In this document: piece after piece, positions 17,415 to 26,240 of the stretch
How positions within the stretch are numbered: the first letter of the stretch is position 1
Layout: every line of letters begins with the position of its first letter
Origin: a bacterium
GTDB taxonomy: Bacteria; Arandabacterota; Arandabacteria; Arandabacterales; Arandabacteraceae
Assembly (NCBI GenBank): GCA_025774845.1
Contig: JALGZP010000003.1
Location: forward strand, 552 to 64,551
Direction: 5' to 3'
Length of the DNA stretch: 64,000 nt
Position numbers and translations under genes: made by a program
The notes under the pieces: generated by a model
Databases searched by the model: none
What the model was told of the DNA's origin: nothing
The model's input: the letters and a program-made list of their open reading frames with translations, nothing else

Positions 17415-19238
17415 TCACCTCAGCAGGATGACCACCAGAATAAACATTCCCGCAAGCATCCATGTTAGATACTCAGGAAGAATGCCCGTATGAACTGCTT
17501 TGAGTCCCTTCACGAAGTAGTACGAGATCTTTCTGCCGATATAGTAAGTATCGAATGCACACTTCTCAGCCCACTTGTACATGCTGCTGAAGAAGCCCAT
17601 GTCACTCACGGTGTCGTAGAAGTCAGTTCCGGTAACCCTCTCCTCATTCGTAAGGAGCTCGCCGCCCACATACATCGAATCGGGTCTTACCGCCTTGAGT
17701 CTGCCCGCCGAGTAGATGATAAGACCGATCACCACACCGACGATTATCATTATCGTAGCAAGTCCGGGGCTCCACCAACCCAGCCACTCGTCTATGCCAG
17801 GTACAGAAAGTGAGGCCACACTGTCAACTGCGGGTAGTATGAAGCCGCTCAAGGGAATCGCATAGGCAAAGATGCCGAACGCCAGACATAGTATGGCAAG
17901 CACCAACATGGGGATCGCCATCGTCGGCCCGACTTCTCTCGCACCGTTCGCCTTCTTGGCCCTTACTCCCAGAAACACTGCGTGCAGCACCTTCATGAAG
18001 CTTGCCAGCGTGAGCGCAGAGCCGAACATGGCCGCGACCAGCCAGATCACCCAGACATGGCCGCCGTTCCTGCCGAGCTCGATAATACCCTGGTATACCA
18101 TCCACTTGGAAACGAACCCATTAAGAGGCGGGATTCCCGAGATCGCCAGCGCCGCGATGACACAGCTGAAGAAGGTTATGGGCATATACTTTGCAAGGCC
18201 GCCCAGTTTGTCAAGATCGGTTGTCCCCTCCTGCTGCTCCACCGAGCCTCCGCAAAGGAACAAGCAGCCCTTGTAGATCGCATGATTGACCATGTGGAAC
18301 AGCCCACCGGCCACACCGATGGGGTTTAGAGTCCCAATCCCGAGCACCATGTAGCCGACCTGGGAGACGGCGTGATAGCTCAAGAGTCGTTTGAGATCAT
18401 GCTGGACGAGCGCCATCATCACCGCGGCAATGATGGTAAACGCCCCCACTATAAGCAGGAGCAACATCATTCCCTGTGTGAGATTGAACAGATAGAGCGA
18501 CACACGGGCCAGAAGATAGATCCCAAGCAGCTTGTCCACCGACGCGGGCAGGTAGGCCACGACCGAGGTCGGGGCAAACTCCGCCGTATCCGGTATCCAG
18601 CTGTGGAACGGCATAGCACCTGCCTTGGCGAACGCGCCGCAGGCGAAGAGGATAAAGGCGAACACACCCAATCCGGTTATGGTCGGTATCGACGGCTGTG
18701 TAAGACTTGTGGAACCCGTCATTGCCCACACGATGGCTACAGCGAGTACCAGAAGCGCGTCGGTACCACCAACGATTACCATGGTCTTCTTGGCGGCACC
18801 GGATGCCTTGGGCCCACCGACGGCAATGAGCATATAGAGCGTGAACCCGAGGAAGCCCCAGAACGCAAGGAGCACGATCATGTCATTGGCAAGTACGGCG
18901 CCATAGGCAGCTCCCAGCGTGAAGAGCATATAGGCATAGTACTGCTTGAGGTACTCCTTACCTCTCATATAGCCAAACGAGTAGAGGATCATCACCAGGC
19001 CGAAGAAGCCGATCCACAGGAGGACGAACGAAGACAGCGTATCGAGCCTGAATATGGTCCGTCCAAGCCACTCGCTCTCAAGAAATCCCTGGCGGAAGAG
19101 CATTATCGTCATGTAGAAGGTCACCGCTGATACGACCAGGGCAATCCCTTCCTTGAGTCCCTTAAAGGCATCGGGAACTATCCGTACAATCGCTCCAGCC
19201 ACCAGAGGTATCAGAATGGTGTAGCCGATTAGGTCCAT
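17415..19238 (-). CDS. mrpA: NuoL/MrpA-like proton-conducting antiporter subunit (MbhH-like)
   Basis: 607 aa polytopic protein. HSWIPDTAEFAPTSVVAYLPASVDK, SYHAVSQVGYMVLGIG, FHMVNHAIYKGCLFL. Confidence 0.9.
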   Translation of the reverse strand: MDLIGYTILIPLVAGAIVRIVPDAFKGLKEGIALVVSAVTFYMTIMLFRQGFLESEWLGRTIFRLDTLSSFVLLWIGFFGLVMILYSFGYMRGKEYLKQYYAYMLFTLGAAYGAVLANDMIVLLAFWGFLGFTLYMLIAVGGPKASGAAKKTMVIVGGTDALLVLAVAIVWAMTGSTSLTQPSIPTITGLGVFAFILFACGAFAKAGAMPFHSWIPDTAEFAPTSVVAYLPASVDKLLGIYLLARVSLYLFNLTQGMMLLLLIVGAFTIIAAVMMALVQHDLKRLLSYHAVSQVGYMVLGIGTLNPIGVAGGLFHMVNHAIYKGCLFLCGGSVEQQEGTTDLDKLGGLAKYMPITFFSCVIAALAISGIPPLNGFVSKWMVYQGIIELGRNGGHVWVIWLVAAMFGSALTLASFMKVLHAVFLGVRAKKANGAREVGPTMAIPMLVLAILCLAFGIFAYAIPLSGFILPAVDSVASLSVPGIDEWLGWWSPGLATIMIIVGVVIGLIIYSAGRLKAVRPDSMYVGGELLTNEERVTGTDFYDTVSDMGFFSSMYKWAEKCAFDTYYIGRKISYYFVKGLKAVHTGILPEYLTWMLAGMFILVVILLR

Positions 19239-20461
19239 ATTCTATCCATCCTCGAATTGTACTTCTCCATCAGCCTGTGGGTTTTCTCCTGCGACAGCCT
19301 CAGAAGATCCTTCCATCCCATCACCTGCTTACCACTGTTCGCGTCAACGACCAGCATCCTCTCGGTGCAGCAGTAACAGGGGTCTATCGCTGCAAGCGTT
19401 ATAGTAGCATCTGAAACCGTATAACCTACGACCGCACGATGGTTGGTCGGCACGTTCATGAAGCTGGGGGCCCTCACCTTGTATCGTATGGGCCGGTTGG
19501 TGCCATCCGAGCGGGCATAGTGGAAGACCTCGCCGCGGGGCGCCTCATGGTGTCCTACACCCTCGCCGGGTGGAATTTCCTTTAGCTCGGCATCTATGCC
19601 GTCCTTGACCTCTCTCAGCTTCTCAAGACATTGCACACAGATCTTGACCGATTCGAATGTCTCCAGCAGGCGTACAACAGCCTTATCGAATACATCCCCG
19701 TTCTGGGTAACGATCACGTCCCAGTCAACCATGCCATAGGCTGCATAGGGATGGTCATGTCTCACGTCCCAGGGGACACCCGAAGCTCTTGACGTCGGAC
19801 CAAGCGCCCCGAGCTCAACGCAGTCCTCTTTTGTGAGGACACCGACATTCTTGAGTCGTGCCTGGAGTACGGGATCCTGAAGTGCAATCTTGGTGAACAT
19901 CATCACGGGCTTCTCAAGGCTTTCAAGCAGCCGCATTGCCGTCGGGATATCCTCATCGGCAACATCCCGTCGCACACCGCCGGGCTTGAACATGGCGTAG
20001 TGGTTCCGGTTGCCCGTTATAAGCTCAAACAGATCAAGCACGGGCTCCCTCTGTTTCCACGCCCACATCCAGACCGTGTTATAGCCCAGGAAGTGACCTG
20101 CAAGCCCCAGCCAGAGCAGGTGTGAGTGTATACGCTCGAGTTCACCGATGAATGTTCTTATGTACTTCGCCCTTAAGGGGACATCGACATCAGCGATATC
20201 CTCCATGGCGTTGACAGAGGCAAACGGGTGTGATGACGAGCAGATTCCACAGATCCGTTCCACCAGGAACGGTATCTGGTCGTAGGTGAGTCCCTCGGCG
20301 AGCTTCTCAATTCCCCTGTGGTTGTAACCGAGCTCGATCTCGAGCTTCACAACCTTCTCACCCTCGACGTGGAGCTTGAAGAACTCAGGCTCCTCCTGCA
20401 GAGGATGATACGGTCCTATGGGAATGATCTGGGTTTTACTTTTCGTTGCCATTTTCCCCAC
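19229..20461 (-). CDS. Group-4 [NiFe]-hydrogenase large (catalytic) subunit, NuoD/MbhL/EchE-like
   Basis: 410 aa. The N-terminal Ni-Fe ligand pair RICGICSSSH (Cys71/Cys74) and the C-terminal pair DPCYCCTER (Cys362/Cys365) are both present. A 42-aa tail follows the Arg and is consistent with endopeptidase processing. Confidence 0.92.
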   Translation of the reverse strand: MGKMATKSKTQIIPIGPYHPLQEEPEFFKLHVEGEKVVKLEIELGYNHRGIEKLAEGLTYDQIPFLVERICGICSSSHPFASVNAMEDIADVDVPLRAKYIRTFIGELERIHSHLLWLGLAGHFLGYNTVWMWAWKQREPVLDLFELITGNRNHYAMFKPGGVRRDVADEDIPTAMRLLESLEKPVMMFTKIALQDPVLQARLKNVGVLTKEDCVELGALGPTSRASGVPWDVRHDHPYAAYGMVDWDVIVTQNGDVFDKAVVRLLETFESVKICVQCLEKLREVKDGIDAELKEIPPGEGVGHHEAPRGEVFHYARSDGTNRPIRYKVRAPSFMNVPTNHRAVVGYTVSDATITLAAIDPCYCCTERMLVVDANSGKQVMGWKDLLRLSQEKTHRLMEKYNSRMDRIWT

Positions 20462-20903
20462 CCCTCCAGTCTTTCCAGTCTCGCCTCAGAGGATAATTGC
20501 CCTCCGGCCAATCATCATCAAGCAAGAGATGTCGCATATCCGGGTGATTCCTGAACTCTATGCCAAGGAGCTCATGCATCTCCCTTTCGATCCACTCTGT
20601 GGCTGGAACCCTTGTGGCTATCGATTCTACCGAAGGTTTGTCGAGGTCCAGGATCACTCGCAGGTTTAAGAAGCGATCGGCATTATCAAGTGCGAAGTGG
20701 TAAAGCACCTCAAAACCCTCGACCATGTGCATTCCTGTGGCAATTGAGAACCGCGCTCCCAGGTCCTTGTAAACGTACTCGGCAACCTCGGGAAGGCTTG
20801 CCGGGTCAACTGTTATATAGGTCCGGCGCGGGCTCTTCTCGAAGACCTCTACGATTGCACCACCGAACTTAGCTTTTATCCCTTCAAGAACCTCATCCGC
20901 CAT
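20436..20903 (-). CDS. NuoC/MbhK-like hydrogenase subunit
   Basis: 155 aa with a NuoC-type fold pattern (ATEWIEREMHELLGIEFRNHPD...LLLDDDWPEGNYPLRRD). 26-nt overlap with the large-subunit gene. Confidence 0.85.
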   Translation of the reverse strand: MADEVLEGIKAKFGGAIVEVFEKSPRRTYITVDPASLPEVAEYVYKDLGARFSIATGMHMVEGFEVLYHFALDNADRFLNLRVILDLDKPSVESIATRVPATEWIEREMHELLGIEFRNHPDMRHLLLDDDWPEGNYPLRRDWKDWRGGENGNEK

Positions 20904-20919
20904 GTTCTAACCCATCCTC

Positions 20920-21351
20920 CTATTTCTTGAGCGCCGCAAGTTGAGCTTGAATAAGAGCGACCACGCCCTGGATCATCGCCTCCGGCTTCGGAGGACAACC
21001 TGCTATATAAGCATGTACATCCGTGATCTCATCGAGCGGTTTATTATCGTTATAAGACGTACCGAACATCTCCATCGAACATGAGCAATTGCCGAGGGCG
21101 ATAACGAAACACGGCTGAGCCGCCTGGGCTAATACCCGCTTGAGCCTCTTGCGTACTTTTCGGTTTATCGACCCCGTAACAAGTACGGCATCAGCGTGTC
21201 TTATACTCCCTACAAGCTGAATCCCGAATCTCTCGATATCAAATCGCGGGGTCAGGAGATCGAGTATCTCGATGTCACAGTTGTTGCACGGACTTGCCGC
21301 CATATGGAACACCCAGATCGACTTTGTCAGAGCTTTAATCTTTAGACTCAT
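20920..21351 (-). CDS. NuoB/MbhJ-like hydrogenase small subunit ([4Fe-4S])
   Basis: 143 aa with Cys motifs SPCNNC, GNCSCS and AGCPPKP, matching NuoB-family proximal-cluster ligands. Confidence 0.9.
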   Translation of the reverse strand: MSLKIKALTKSIWVFHMAASPCNNCDIEILDLLTPRFDIERFGIQLVGSIRHADAVLVTGSINRKVRKRLKRVLAQAAQPCFVIALGNCSCSMEMFGTSYNDNKPLDEITDVHAYIAGCPPKPEAMIQGVVALIQAQLAALKK

Positions 21352-21361
21352 ACATCACTCC

Positions 21362-22297
21362 TCAAAGACCCAGAAACGCAAGTATCACGGCCAGTATCGC
21401 CAGCGGGGTCATCTTCGCCCAGAAGAACTTCATGATCTGGTCAATCCTGAGCCTCGGATTGGTGTTTCTCACAAGCGTTATGAAAAGCAGTATGCCTATG
21501 TATATCAAGACTGCGAACACGACATTGAGCCACGATTGCTGCCAGTTCACTGCCCCGATGAAGAGCATCATAAGGAAAAACGGAACCGCAAACATCATCA
21601 TCCACTGGGTGAGTTTGAAGAGTCCCAGCGCGGCACCCGAATACTCGATGTAGGCCCCGGCCATGATCTCCGTCTCCGCCTCGGGGGCATCAAACGGGAC
21701 TTTGGCGAGCTTGGCCTGCATGCACAAGAGCCCTATCACAAAGGCGATAACCCCCGATAGGGAGCCGATCGCCGCCCCGCTAGTCGCCTGGTATTCAATG
21801 ATGCTCCCCATCTTAATGGTGGCACCCGCCTTGATCACCGGAACCAGAATCACAAGCAGGAACGGCAGCTCGTAGGAAAGGATCAGCTTCATCTCCCTCG
21901 ATCCACCCAGTGACGCAAGCGGGTTGGCTGATGCAAAGGCACCGAGGATCACCGCCTGCGACGGGATCGTGAGCAGATAGATCACCACTATGAGGTCCCC
22001 GACGAATGTTTCCCCCGGGAATATGACCGTTCTCAGCATGAGGGCCGATACAACGGTCACGGAGGCAAGTCCGAAGAGGGGTGCAGCAAGAAACAGAAAG
22101 CGCGATCCGCCCTCGGGTACAACCACCTCCTTGGCAAGCAACTTCACGAAATCATAGAGTGGCTGGAAGAAAGGAGGTCCTACTCTCCATTGCACCCTTG
22201 CAGTGATCTTCCTGTCGAACCAATGGGCAAACATGCCGATCACCGCAGCCACCACAAAACCGCCAATCAGGAAACCAATGCCTTGAAGTAAGCTCAT
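21362..22297 (-). CDS. NuoH/MbhM/HycD-like membrane subunit
   Basis: 311 aa with about 8 TMs. RKITARVQWRVGPPFFQPLYDFVKL and VPFDAPEAETEIMAGAYIEYSG are classical NuoH motifs. Confidence 0.9.
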   Translation of the reverse strand: MSLLQGIGFLIGGFVVAAVIGMFAHWFDRKITARVQWRVGPPFFQPLYDFVKLLAKEVVVPEGGSRFLFLAAPLFGLASVTVVSALMLRTVIFPGETFVGDLIVVIYLLTIPSQAVILGAFASANPLASLGGSREMKLILSYELPFLLVILVPVIKAGATIKMGSIIEYQATSGAAIGSLSGVIAFVIGLLCMQAKLAKVPFDAPEAETEIMAGAYIEYSGAALGLFKLTQWMMMFAVPFFLMMLFIGAVNWQQSWLNVVFAVLIYIGILLFITLVRNTNPRLRIDQIMKFFWAKMTPLAILAVILAFLGL

Positions 22298-22306
22298 ATC
22301 ACCCTA

Positions 22307-22822
22307 TTACCTTTTCCAAGCCTCACACTTTACCACAAGGTGGTCTCCGACCTTGTGGATGCTCTTTGCTTCATCGGGTTCCATCTCAGTGTATTTTATG
22401 GCCCCATCCGGGCCGGTCTTCACGCACAACGGTTCCTCGCCGGGCTTAAGCCTCTTGAGACAGTAGTCGCACCCCGATGCGAGGAAGGGTATGGCCTCAG
22501 GGTAGATCGTACCAAACGGGCAGGCAACTGTACACGACCTGCAGCCTATGCACCTTAAGGAGTATCGCCTCAATATCCCGTCATCGTCTTTCTCAAGGGC
22601 ATCCTGGGGACAGGAATTGACGCAGTTTGCAGACTCGCACTTCCGGCATACGACTGCATATGTTGCCAGTTCCCTGAGCGCGGCAATGCCGTCGTTGCCG
22701 GGGCGCATTCCCCAGCGATCATAAGGGTGGTAGCGATGAAACGGGTAGCTGCACTGGATATCAAGGTCGCCGTCGCGCTCGAGCTTATCCAGATGTTCGA
22801 GATCGATAAATACCTTCTTCAA
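22307..22822 (-). CDS. 2x[4Fe-4S] ferredoxin-like electron-transfer subunit (HycB/CooF-like)
   Basis: 171 aa. CRKCESANCVNSCP and CIGCRSCTVACPFG, plus C-terminal CDYC. Confidence 0.8.
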   Translation of the reverse strand: MKKVFIDLEHLDKLERDGDLDIQCSYPFHRYHPYDRWGMRPGNDGIAALRELATYAVVCRKCESANCVNSCPQDALEKDDDGILRRYSLRCIGCRSCTVACPFGTIYPEAIPFLASGCDYCLKRLKPGEEPLCVKTGPDGAIKYTEMEPDEAKSIHKVGDHLVVKCEAWKR

Positions 22823-22840
22823 GTCTCTACCCTCGCGTCC

Positions 22841-23674
22841 TCATTCCCATATAGCGGGTTTGTCTTTCACCTTATCGTAGGTCATGACCGGTCCGTCCTG
22901 GCAGACCATGAACTCCCCGAGCATGCAATGGCCGCACTTACCGATCCCACAACTCATGTTCTTCTCCATGGAAAGATATATGGCATTGTGGGGAAACCCG
23001 AGTTCGACAAGTGAGAACGTCCCGAACTTCATCATCACGGGTGGCCCGCAGACCACACCTATGCTGTTGGCCAGATCCATACCCAGATCTTTGACCACCG
23101 TGGTCACAACACCGACGTTGCCCTTCCAGGAAGAATCGCCTTCATCGACGGTCACTCTCATCTCGATCTTCTTGGGGTCCAGCTTCGGCCATTTATTCAT
23201 GAGAAGTTCTTTGTAGACAAGGTCCTCGGGAGTCTTGGCTCCGTAGCAGTAGAGTATCCTCTTGAAATCATCAAGTCTCTCGACAAGTGCGAGGAAGAGC
23301 GCACGCAGTGGTGCACCACCGACCCCACCACCCACTATCAGGATCTCCTTACCCTTCCAGGCATCAAGAGGATAACCCGCGCCGAACGGTCCCCGCACAC
23401 CGACAGTCGCACCCTTGTCCATGTGATGGATGGCGTCGGTGACTTTGCCCACATTCATGATTGTGAAGTCGATTTTATCCTTAACACTGGGTGAAGAAGA
23501 CGGGGTAAAGGGTGCCTCCCCGAGGCCCGGGACTGTGAGTTCCATGAACTCCCCGGCCTTGAATCCGATGTCCTCCTTGGGGCCCACGGTGAAGGTCTTT
23601 ATCGTGGGGGTTTCGGTAACCACATCGAGGATCTCAGCTGTGATTGGTCTGTAAACGTTCTTCACGACCGACAT
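22841..23674 (-). CDS. FAD/NAD(P)H-binding [2Fe-2S] oxidoreductase, sulfhydrogenase gamma (HydG)/AsrB-like
   Basis: 277 aa. FNR-like beta-barrel N-terminus (YRPITAEILDVVTETPTIKTFTV), nucleotide-binding ILIVGGGVGGAPL, C-terminal CGIGKCGHCMLGEFMVCQDGPV. Confidence 0.8.
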   Translation of the reverse strand: MSVVKNVYRPITAEILDVVTETPTIKTFTVGPKEDIGFKAGEFMELTVPGLGEAPFTPSSSPSVKDKIDFTIMNVGKVTDAIHHMDKGATVGVRGPFGAGYPLDAWKGKEILIVGGGVGGAPLRALFLALVERLDDFKRILYCYGAKTPEDLVYKELLMNKWPKLDPKKIEMRVTVDEGDSSWKGNVGVVTTVVKDLGMDLANSIGVVCGPPVMMKFGTFSLVELGFPHNAIYLSMEKNMSCGIGKCGHCMLGEFMVCQDGPVMTYDKVKDKPAIWE

Positions 23675-24684
23675 ATTTCCTTAAGCACCTTTCTCATGTC
23701 AATCTCGCCAGGGCAAGCCACTATACACCTTCCGCAACCCGTGCACGCTTCGAATTCATAGTTTTTGAAGAAGTAATCGAACTTGTGGTAGTACCTGTGT
23801 TTGAATCTCTCAATCAGCTGGTCGCGCGGGTTCGCACCGCCGGCGACCCGGGCAAAGGATCTATATGCACATGTGTCCCACATCTTAAGGCGCTTATACT
23901 TGTCTTTGGTCTTCTGATCATAAAGCAGGAAGCACTGGCATGTAGGGCATATGAAGAGACACGCTCCGCATTCAACGCAAGTCTCGACGTTCTTCGACCA
24001 GGCGTTATCTTCATAAGCTTTTGCCATGACGGATTGCCAGGTCCCGCCTGGCTTGAATTCCTTCGACTGCTTCTCGACCATGTCCGTCGTCTTCTTGCGA
24101 ACGCCATCACGCTGCGACAGGTGGTTCTCAGTTGCGGGTTTAAACAGGCCCTTGTTCTCCCCCACCACGACCTTTCCCTTCTCACTGCCGACCTCTACGA
24201 CGTAGCCTCCCTCGATCTTGACCAGACCGAGATCAAAGCCTTTTTCCGCATAGGGTTTGACACCGACAAGCACACAGAAACACGTTTCAAGAGGTTCGGT
24301 GCAGTCGATACCGATGATCAGGCTTTTGTTGCGTCTTTCCTCGTAGAAAGGATCCTTGAAATCTCCCTCAAGAAAAACCTTGTCGAGTGCCTCAATGGCT
24401 CTGAGATCGCATCCCGCGGCACCGATGATAGCAAACGGTTTTGATTCCTTGATGGGGCTCTCGGTTGAAGGATACTCCGCGACCTCTTCAAGTGCAGAGA
24501 AGAAGAAAGGCTTAAGCGGTTGGAACGCCCGGACACCAGGGTAAGCGAAATCACCGGTCTCACTGTAGGGTTTGATCCCTACGTTGCCGTCATCATCCCT
24601 TGCGGTAACATAAACGTCGCCGCGCTTCTCAAGCCAGTTTAAGAAAGAAACCAGATCCGAATCGGTCAGAAAGTGTGCTTCCAA
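23662..24684 (-). CDS. FeS protein, sulfhydrogenase beta (HydB)/AsrA-like
   Basis: 340 aa with a TTG start. CVECGACLFICPTCQCF and CTGCGRCIVACPGEIDM. First gene of the operon, with a 13-nt overlap with the HydG-like gene. Confidence 0.8.
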   Translation of the reverse strand: MEAHFLTDSDLVSFLNWLEKRGDVYVTARDDDGNVGIKPYSETGDFAYPGVRAFQPLKPFFFSALEEVAEYPSTESPIKESKPFAIIGAAGCDLRAIEALDKVFLEGDFKDPFYEERRNKSLIIGIDCTEPLETCFCVLVGVKPYAEKGFDLGLVKIEGGYVVEVGSEKGKVVVGENKGLFKPATENHLSQRDGVRKKTTDMVEKQSKEFKPGGTWQSVMAKAYEDNAWSKNVETCVECGACLFICPTCQCFLLYDQKTKDKYKRLKMWDTCAYRSFARVAGGANPRDQLIERFKHRYYHKFDYFFKNYEFEACTGCGRCIVACPGEIDMRKVLKEICRS

Positions 24685-24757
24685 TCCTCCCCCTTCCTAA
24701 CTGTCAATCCGTCGCTTGGTTCCGCCGTACCGACCCCCATGCCACCGAGTCGGAAAG

Positions 24758-24784
24758 ATTATAGATTCCGCATTCTTTTGTCAA
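24758..24784 (-). promoter_or_regulatory. Putative sigma70-type promoter of the hydrogenase operon
   Basis: On the minus strand, TTGACA (24784-24779), a 15-nt spacer, then TATAAT (24763-24758), about 70 nt upstream of the first gene. Both hexamers are perfect, but the spacer is shorter than the 17-nt optimum. Confidence 0.4.
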
Positions 24785-24858
24785 GCGAAAAACTTTGGGG
24801 CATCCCAGTGTCAAAACCGGAAGATGATAACAAAGTTACACCCGTTATGCAAGGAGAT

Positions 24859-25536
24859 TCAGCCCTCCTTGCTGAGCGACGTGCGGATTGCTCTGAGCTC
24901 GCCCAGCATCTCGCGCAGCAGGCCCACAGACCCGGGGTCAGGGTCCGATTCAGAGCCAGTCGGCTTCATCGCTCCACGAAACCCGCGCAGTCGATCAAGC
25001 ACCGTTTTGTGGACCATCCCCCAGTCACTGAGCCCCGCAAGACAGGCCTCATAGCCCGTCTCTCCGCTCTTGCCGGCGGTCTGGATCTTGATGTTCCCGA
25101 GGTTGACGGCATATCGGTCCAGCAGGTCGCGGGTCTCGACAATGTTTGTAACGGTCCTGTAGGGAATGGTCTTGACCACCTTCGTGACAATGCCCTTCCT
25201 CACAATGATCTCGGAATCGGTCAGTTCATATGAGATCGATCTGAAATAGGGTGGAATCAGCGCAGCCAGTAGAATCCATAACACAACGCTGCAGAGGACA
25301 AAGACGGCCAGAAATATCGTGGCCGGGGTATCTGTGGGTCTCACATCATTTGCCGCCATGGCGGCCAGCACAGAAACAAGAACCCCGATGCCGACGATAC
25401 CATAGATGATCCCGCCCACCATGAACATCTTGGATCTGTATCGCGTTGACGGCTTGAGCTCCGTACGTTCCATTATCTCATCCCCCTGATTACTGTGTGT
25501 GCGAAGCCAGCCTAACACGTTCACCGCGCTCCCCAC
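24859..25536 (-). CDS. Membrane protein with a bacterial PH domain (bPH_2 / YdbS-like)
   Basis: Two TM helices (MFMVGGIIYGIVGIGVLVSVLAA; IFLAVFVLCSVVLWILLAALI), then YELTDSEIIVRKGIVTKVVKTIPYRTVTNIVETRDLLDRYAVNLGNIKIQTAG. The start may be the internal MERTEL at 25473. Confidence 0.7.
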   Translation of the reverse strand: MGSAVNVLGWLRTHSNQGDEIMERTELKPSTRYRSKMFMVGGIIYGIVGIGVLVSVLAAMAANDVRPTDTPATIFLAVFVLCSVVLWILLAALIPPYFRSISYELTDSEIIVRKGIVTKVVKTIPYRTVTNIVETRDLLDRYAVNLGNIKIQTAGKSGETGYEACLAGLSDWGMVHKTVLDRLRGFRGAMKPTGSESDPDPGSVGLLREMLGELRAIRTSLSKEG

Positions 25537-25628
25537 AAGCTCCTGTTTGCCTGTTGAAGCGCCGAAGCGCAGGTGGTTGACAGGAACGATATTACATCTA
25601 TATAGTGCTGACCGGCAGGGGAGGTGAC

Positions 25629-26084
25629 ATGAGAATTGCAGTAGTTGCCTTTGGAGAAAACCTGGAGGGTGATCTCGCCATCGGCCATGAGGTCTTGTCT
25701 CGGTTCGGGCAAAGAGATTTGCCGGAGTGCGCGGTCATTCTGGACGGACGCCCCCCCGTGCTTAAAACTCTCGAGAGCGTCAGTGGCTTCGACGGTTTGG
25801 TAATCGTAGATGCCGCTTCAATAGGAGAATCGCCGGGAACCGTCAAAACTTTCAATCTGAATGAGATCATGCTCGCCGGGACGGGTAGTCCGATCACACT
25901 CCACGGTGTCAGGATGGATTCGGAGTTACTCTACGCAAACAAGTTCCTGAGTCTTCCACCCACCGTCATCATCGCCATAGAGGTCGGATCGCCGGTAGGA
26001 AAGAGGATATCAGACATCCTGCTATCGAACCTCGAGCGCTACATCACCGCAACCACTCAGGCCGTTGCCCGGTTGTGCCGGTAA
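25629..26084 (+). CDS. Second hydrogenase maturation endopeptidase paralog (divergent signature)
   Basis: ATG 25629 preceded by SD GGAGGTG. MRIAVVAFGENLEGDLAIG replaces the usual GNxxxxDDGxG, but the three putative metal-ligand positions are still recognisable (GDLAIG, LVIVDAAS, ITLHGV). The track ORF starts at 25605. Confidence 0.65.
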   Translation: MRIAVVAFGENLEGDLAIGHEVLSRFGQRDLPECAVILDGRPPVLKTLESVSGFDGLVIVDAASIGESPGTVKTFNLNEIMLAGTGSPITLHGVRMDSELLYANKFLSLPPTVIIAIEVGSPVGKRISDILLSNLERYITATTQAVARLCR

Positions 26085-26240
26085 ACGACAGCGGAGATTC
26101 CGGACTTGGCCGTGCTCCAACAGTGCCGAGCACACCACCGACTACCTCCTGTGCTGGAAGCAGGCGTGAGCGCGGCCACGCCCCTTGGACCACTGCTGTG
26201 GTTCGTGTGCCCGGAACCTCCACCCCAGTCTCACATTAGA

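Noticed and set aside
23644-24444. 266-aa plus-strand ORF
   Set aside because: It is antisense to the HydB-like FeS gene and has no motifs of its own.
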